A stretch of DNA of 64,000 nucleotides, from NCBI RefSeq assembly GCF_032444005.1, contig NC_091287.1, positions 554,528,001 to 554,592,000 on the forward strand, in the 5' to 3' direction. How positions within the stretch are numbered: position 1 is the stretch's first letter; every line of letters starts with the position of its first letter. A program made the translations under genes and the position numbers. This DNA comes from Ranitomeya imitator (Eukaryota). Positions 61,630 to 64,000 of this stretch are shown in pieces. Under the pieces are notes generated by a model. That model ran no database searches and was not told where the DNA came from. It was given only the letters and a program-made list of their open reading frames with translations.

Positions 61630-62404
61630 TAGTGTTGAGCATTCCGATACCGCAAGTATCGGGTATCGGCCGATACTTGCGGTATCGGAATTCCGATACC
61701 GAGATCCGATATTTTTGTGATATCGGGTATCGGTATCGGAAGTGTAAAATAAAGAATTAAAATAAAAAATATTGTTATATTCACCTCTCCGGCGGCCCCT
61801 GGACATCAGCGGGAGGATCCGGCGTCCGGCACGGCTTCTTTCTTCTAAATGCGCGCCTTCAGGACCTGTGGAATGACGTCCCGGCTTCTGATTGGTCGCG
61901 TGCCGCCCATGTGACCGCCACGCGACCAATCAGAAGCCGCGACGTCATTCCTCAGCTAAAGTCCTAGAATGAGCGCCTTCTAGGACCTGAGGAATGACGT
62001 CGCGGCTTCTGATTGGTCGCGTGGCGGTCACATGGGCGGCACGCGACCAATCAGAAGCCGGGACGTCATTCCACAGGTCCTGAAGGCGCGCATTTTGAAG
62101 AAAGAAGCCGTGCCGGACGCCGGATCCTCCCGCTGATGTCCAGGGGCCGCCGGAGAGGTGAATATAACAATATTTTTTATTTTAATTCTTTATTTTACAC
62201 TTTAATATGGATCCCAGGGCCTGAAGGAGAGTTTCCTCTCCTTCAGACCCTGGGATCCATGAGGATACCTTCCGATACTTGATGTCCCATTGACTTGTAT
62301 TGGTATCGGATATCGGTATCGGCGATATCCGATATTTTTCGGGTATCGGCCGATACTATCCGATACCGATACTTTCAAGTATCGGACGGTATCGCTCAAC
62401 ACTA
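61630..62404 (-). mobile_element. hAT-type MITE, family A, second copy in opposite orientation
   Basis: Same TIR as 11763-12526; 8-bp TSD CCTATCAC (61622-61629, 62405-62412). Confidence 0.94.
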
Positions 62405-62910
62405 CCTATCACCTTTCGGGTGCGACTTTATATATTTTTCCTCTGGTGGTATTCCCTGCTGGTGATAGTCTCATTTGTATGTCCAGCCATACTGCTGTGG
62501 TTTTAGCCAGGCAGTGAAAGACCAGCTAGGGTTTATCTCTGTTTTTTTTATGTTTTTTTTCCCTGCACTCATCTTCTGTTTCCTTTTAGGAAGTAAGTGG
62601 CATATTCTCTAACAGTGCATACTTAAACCTTTATTTTGCATTTGGTATTTTGTTTCACCTATCACCTTTCGGGTGCGACCTTATATATTTTTCCTCTGCT
62701 GGTATTCCCTGCTGGTGATAGTCTCATTTGTATGTTCAGCCATACTGCTGTAGTTTTAGCCAGGCAGTGAAAGACCAGCTAGGGTTTATCTCTCTGTTTT
62801 TTTATGTTCTTTTCCCTGCACTCATCTTCTGTTTCCTTTTAGGAAGTAAGTGGCATATTCTCTAACAGTGCATACTTAATCCTTTATTTTGCATTTGGTG
62901 GTTTGTTTCA
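62405..62910. repeat. 253-bp direct tandem duplication
   Basis: CCTATCACCTTTCGGGTGCGAC starts at 62405 and 62658; copies nearly identical. Confidence 0.9.
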
Positions 62911-64000
62911 TGCAGTCTGGGATCTCTTTCTATTTCAGCACATTTTCCTTTAACTTTGCACTTTGCTCTGTCTTCCAGTTCTATAGGAGGAACGTGAAGC
63001 ACTCGATGAACTTTTCCGAGTTGCCATTGTCTCTTCTGTGGTTACGGCTACGCACAATCCACTTGGGACTAGCGATGTCTAGTCTGTACAGGAACCGACA
63101 AGGTTAGATACAGTTTTTAGCTACCTATTTTCCTTAGTGAGTTACACTATTATAACAAATAGTCGTTTGTTTGGTTTTTATTTTGCAAGAAAACTCATAA
63201 AATGCATCTTCAACTTGTCTTTTAGGCTGATGCTTATTTTCTATAATTTTCTAGTCAGCTTTGCTGTATGTACAGGTCGGGATGAGCAGAGTCATCTCAT
63301 TAGGATTATTATATATTTGGATGGAGGCCTAGATCTGGCAGGACAAACACAGAAAAAGCTTTTTGTGCAGCTCCGTTGTCACTCCTTTGGAGAGGGGTTG
63401 TACACTGTTACCAGTCGTAGTAATATTTCTAACTCATTGTATTCCCTTTCAATTGAAATGCAATAAATCTTATAAATTCTGCTATATTTCATATACAGAC
63501 AATACGGGAAGGGTTTGACTCCAATATGGCCACTTCCTCAAAACATAGACAAAAAAAATGTAAAAGCTTCTTTTTTTTTTTTGTTCATTTCCACCGTCTG
63601 ACCTGTAAGAATTGACACTACATTACATACTTAAGAAATTCCCTTTAAATTTAAGGGATTTGTGTTATTTCCTTTTTGCTTTAGGAATTTGCTGTCTCTC
63701 TTAATCAAGTAAAAATGCTACATCAGACATTTCTTGGGATTTGTAAAATTGCTGGGTGCTTTGTTTTGTCAATTAATTTCACCAAGAAAACAGCTGACCG
63801 GGCTCGAAAAACAGGAATGATGATTTTTTTGTTGTTCTCCCCTCCTCCACCCCTCTTGTCAGGTCACTTAAAGTCCATTACTCAGTAGGGGCGACGATGA
63901 CCACAGCAGACTTAAAATCTTACAACTCTTGCACATTTGCAAATCTTATTTCCTTGACTAGAACAGCAGAGAAGATGAACACTATGATGACAACTTATGG

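Noticed and set aside
63945-64000. Possible exon start after TTTCCTTGACTAG at the window end
   Set aside because: Only ~39 nt visible; two frames are open but neither peptide is recognisable.

Overview
Eukaryotic, repeat-saturated genomic DNA, most likely from a frog (inferred from the element repertoire). I found no supportable host protein-coding gene, RNA gene or CRISPR array. The window holds two full-length Ty3/Gypsy chromovirus (Tf1/sushi-type) LTR retrotransposons. E1 (3846-9642) has two in-frame stops. E2 (44729-50415) has an intact single gag-pol ORF. Each is inserted into a different satellite array. There are also five minisatellite/satellite arrays (34, ~90, ~46, 86 and 35 bp units), four Tc1 transposons (one intact DD34E), CR1 LINE fragments, Penelope fragments with minimal hammerhead ribozyme motifs, hAT-type MITEs with 8-bp TSDs and a 100-bp-arm palindrome. 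The most interesting signal is in the LTR elements. Neither has a tRNA-type primer site. In each, the PBS is complementary to its own predicted 5' end, with two compensatory substitutions between E1 and E2, which supports tRNA-independent self-priming. The PBS also lies inside a candidate leader intron, suggesting splicing could separate translated RNA from self-priming genomic RNA. Family names are from memory of motifs; no searches were run.
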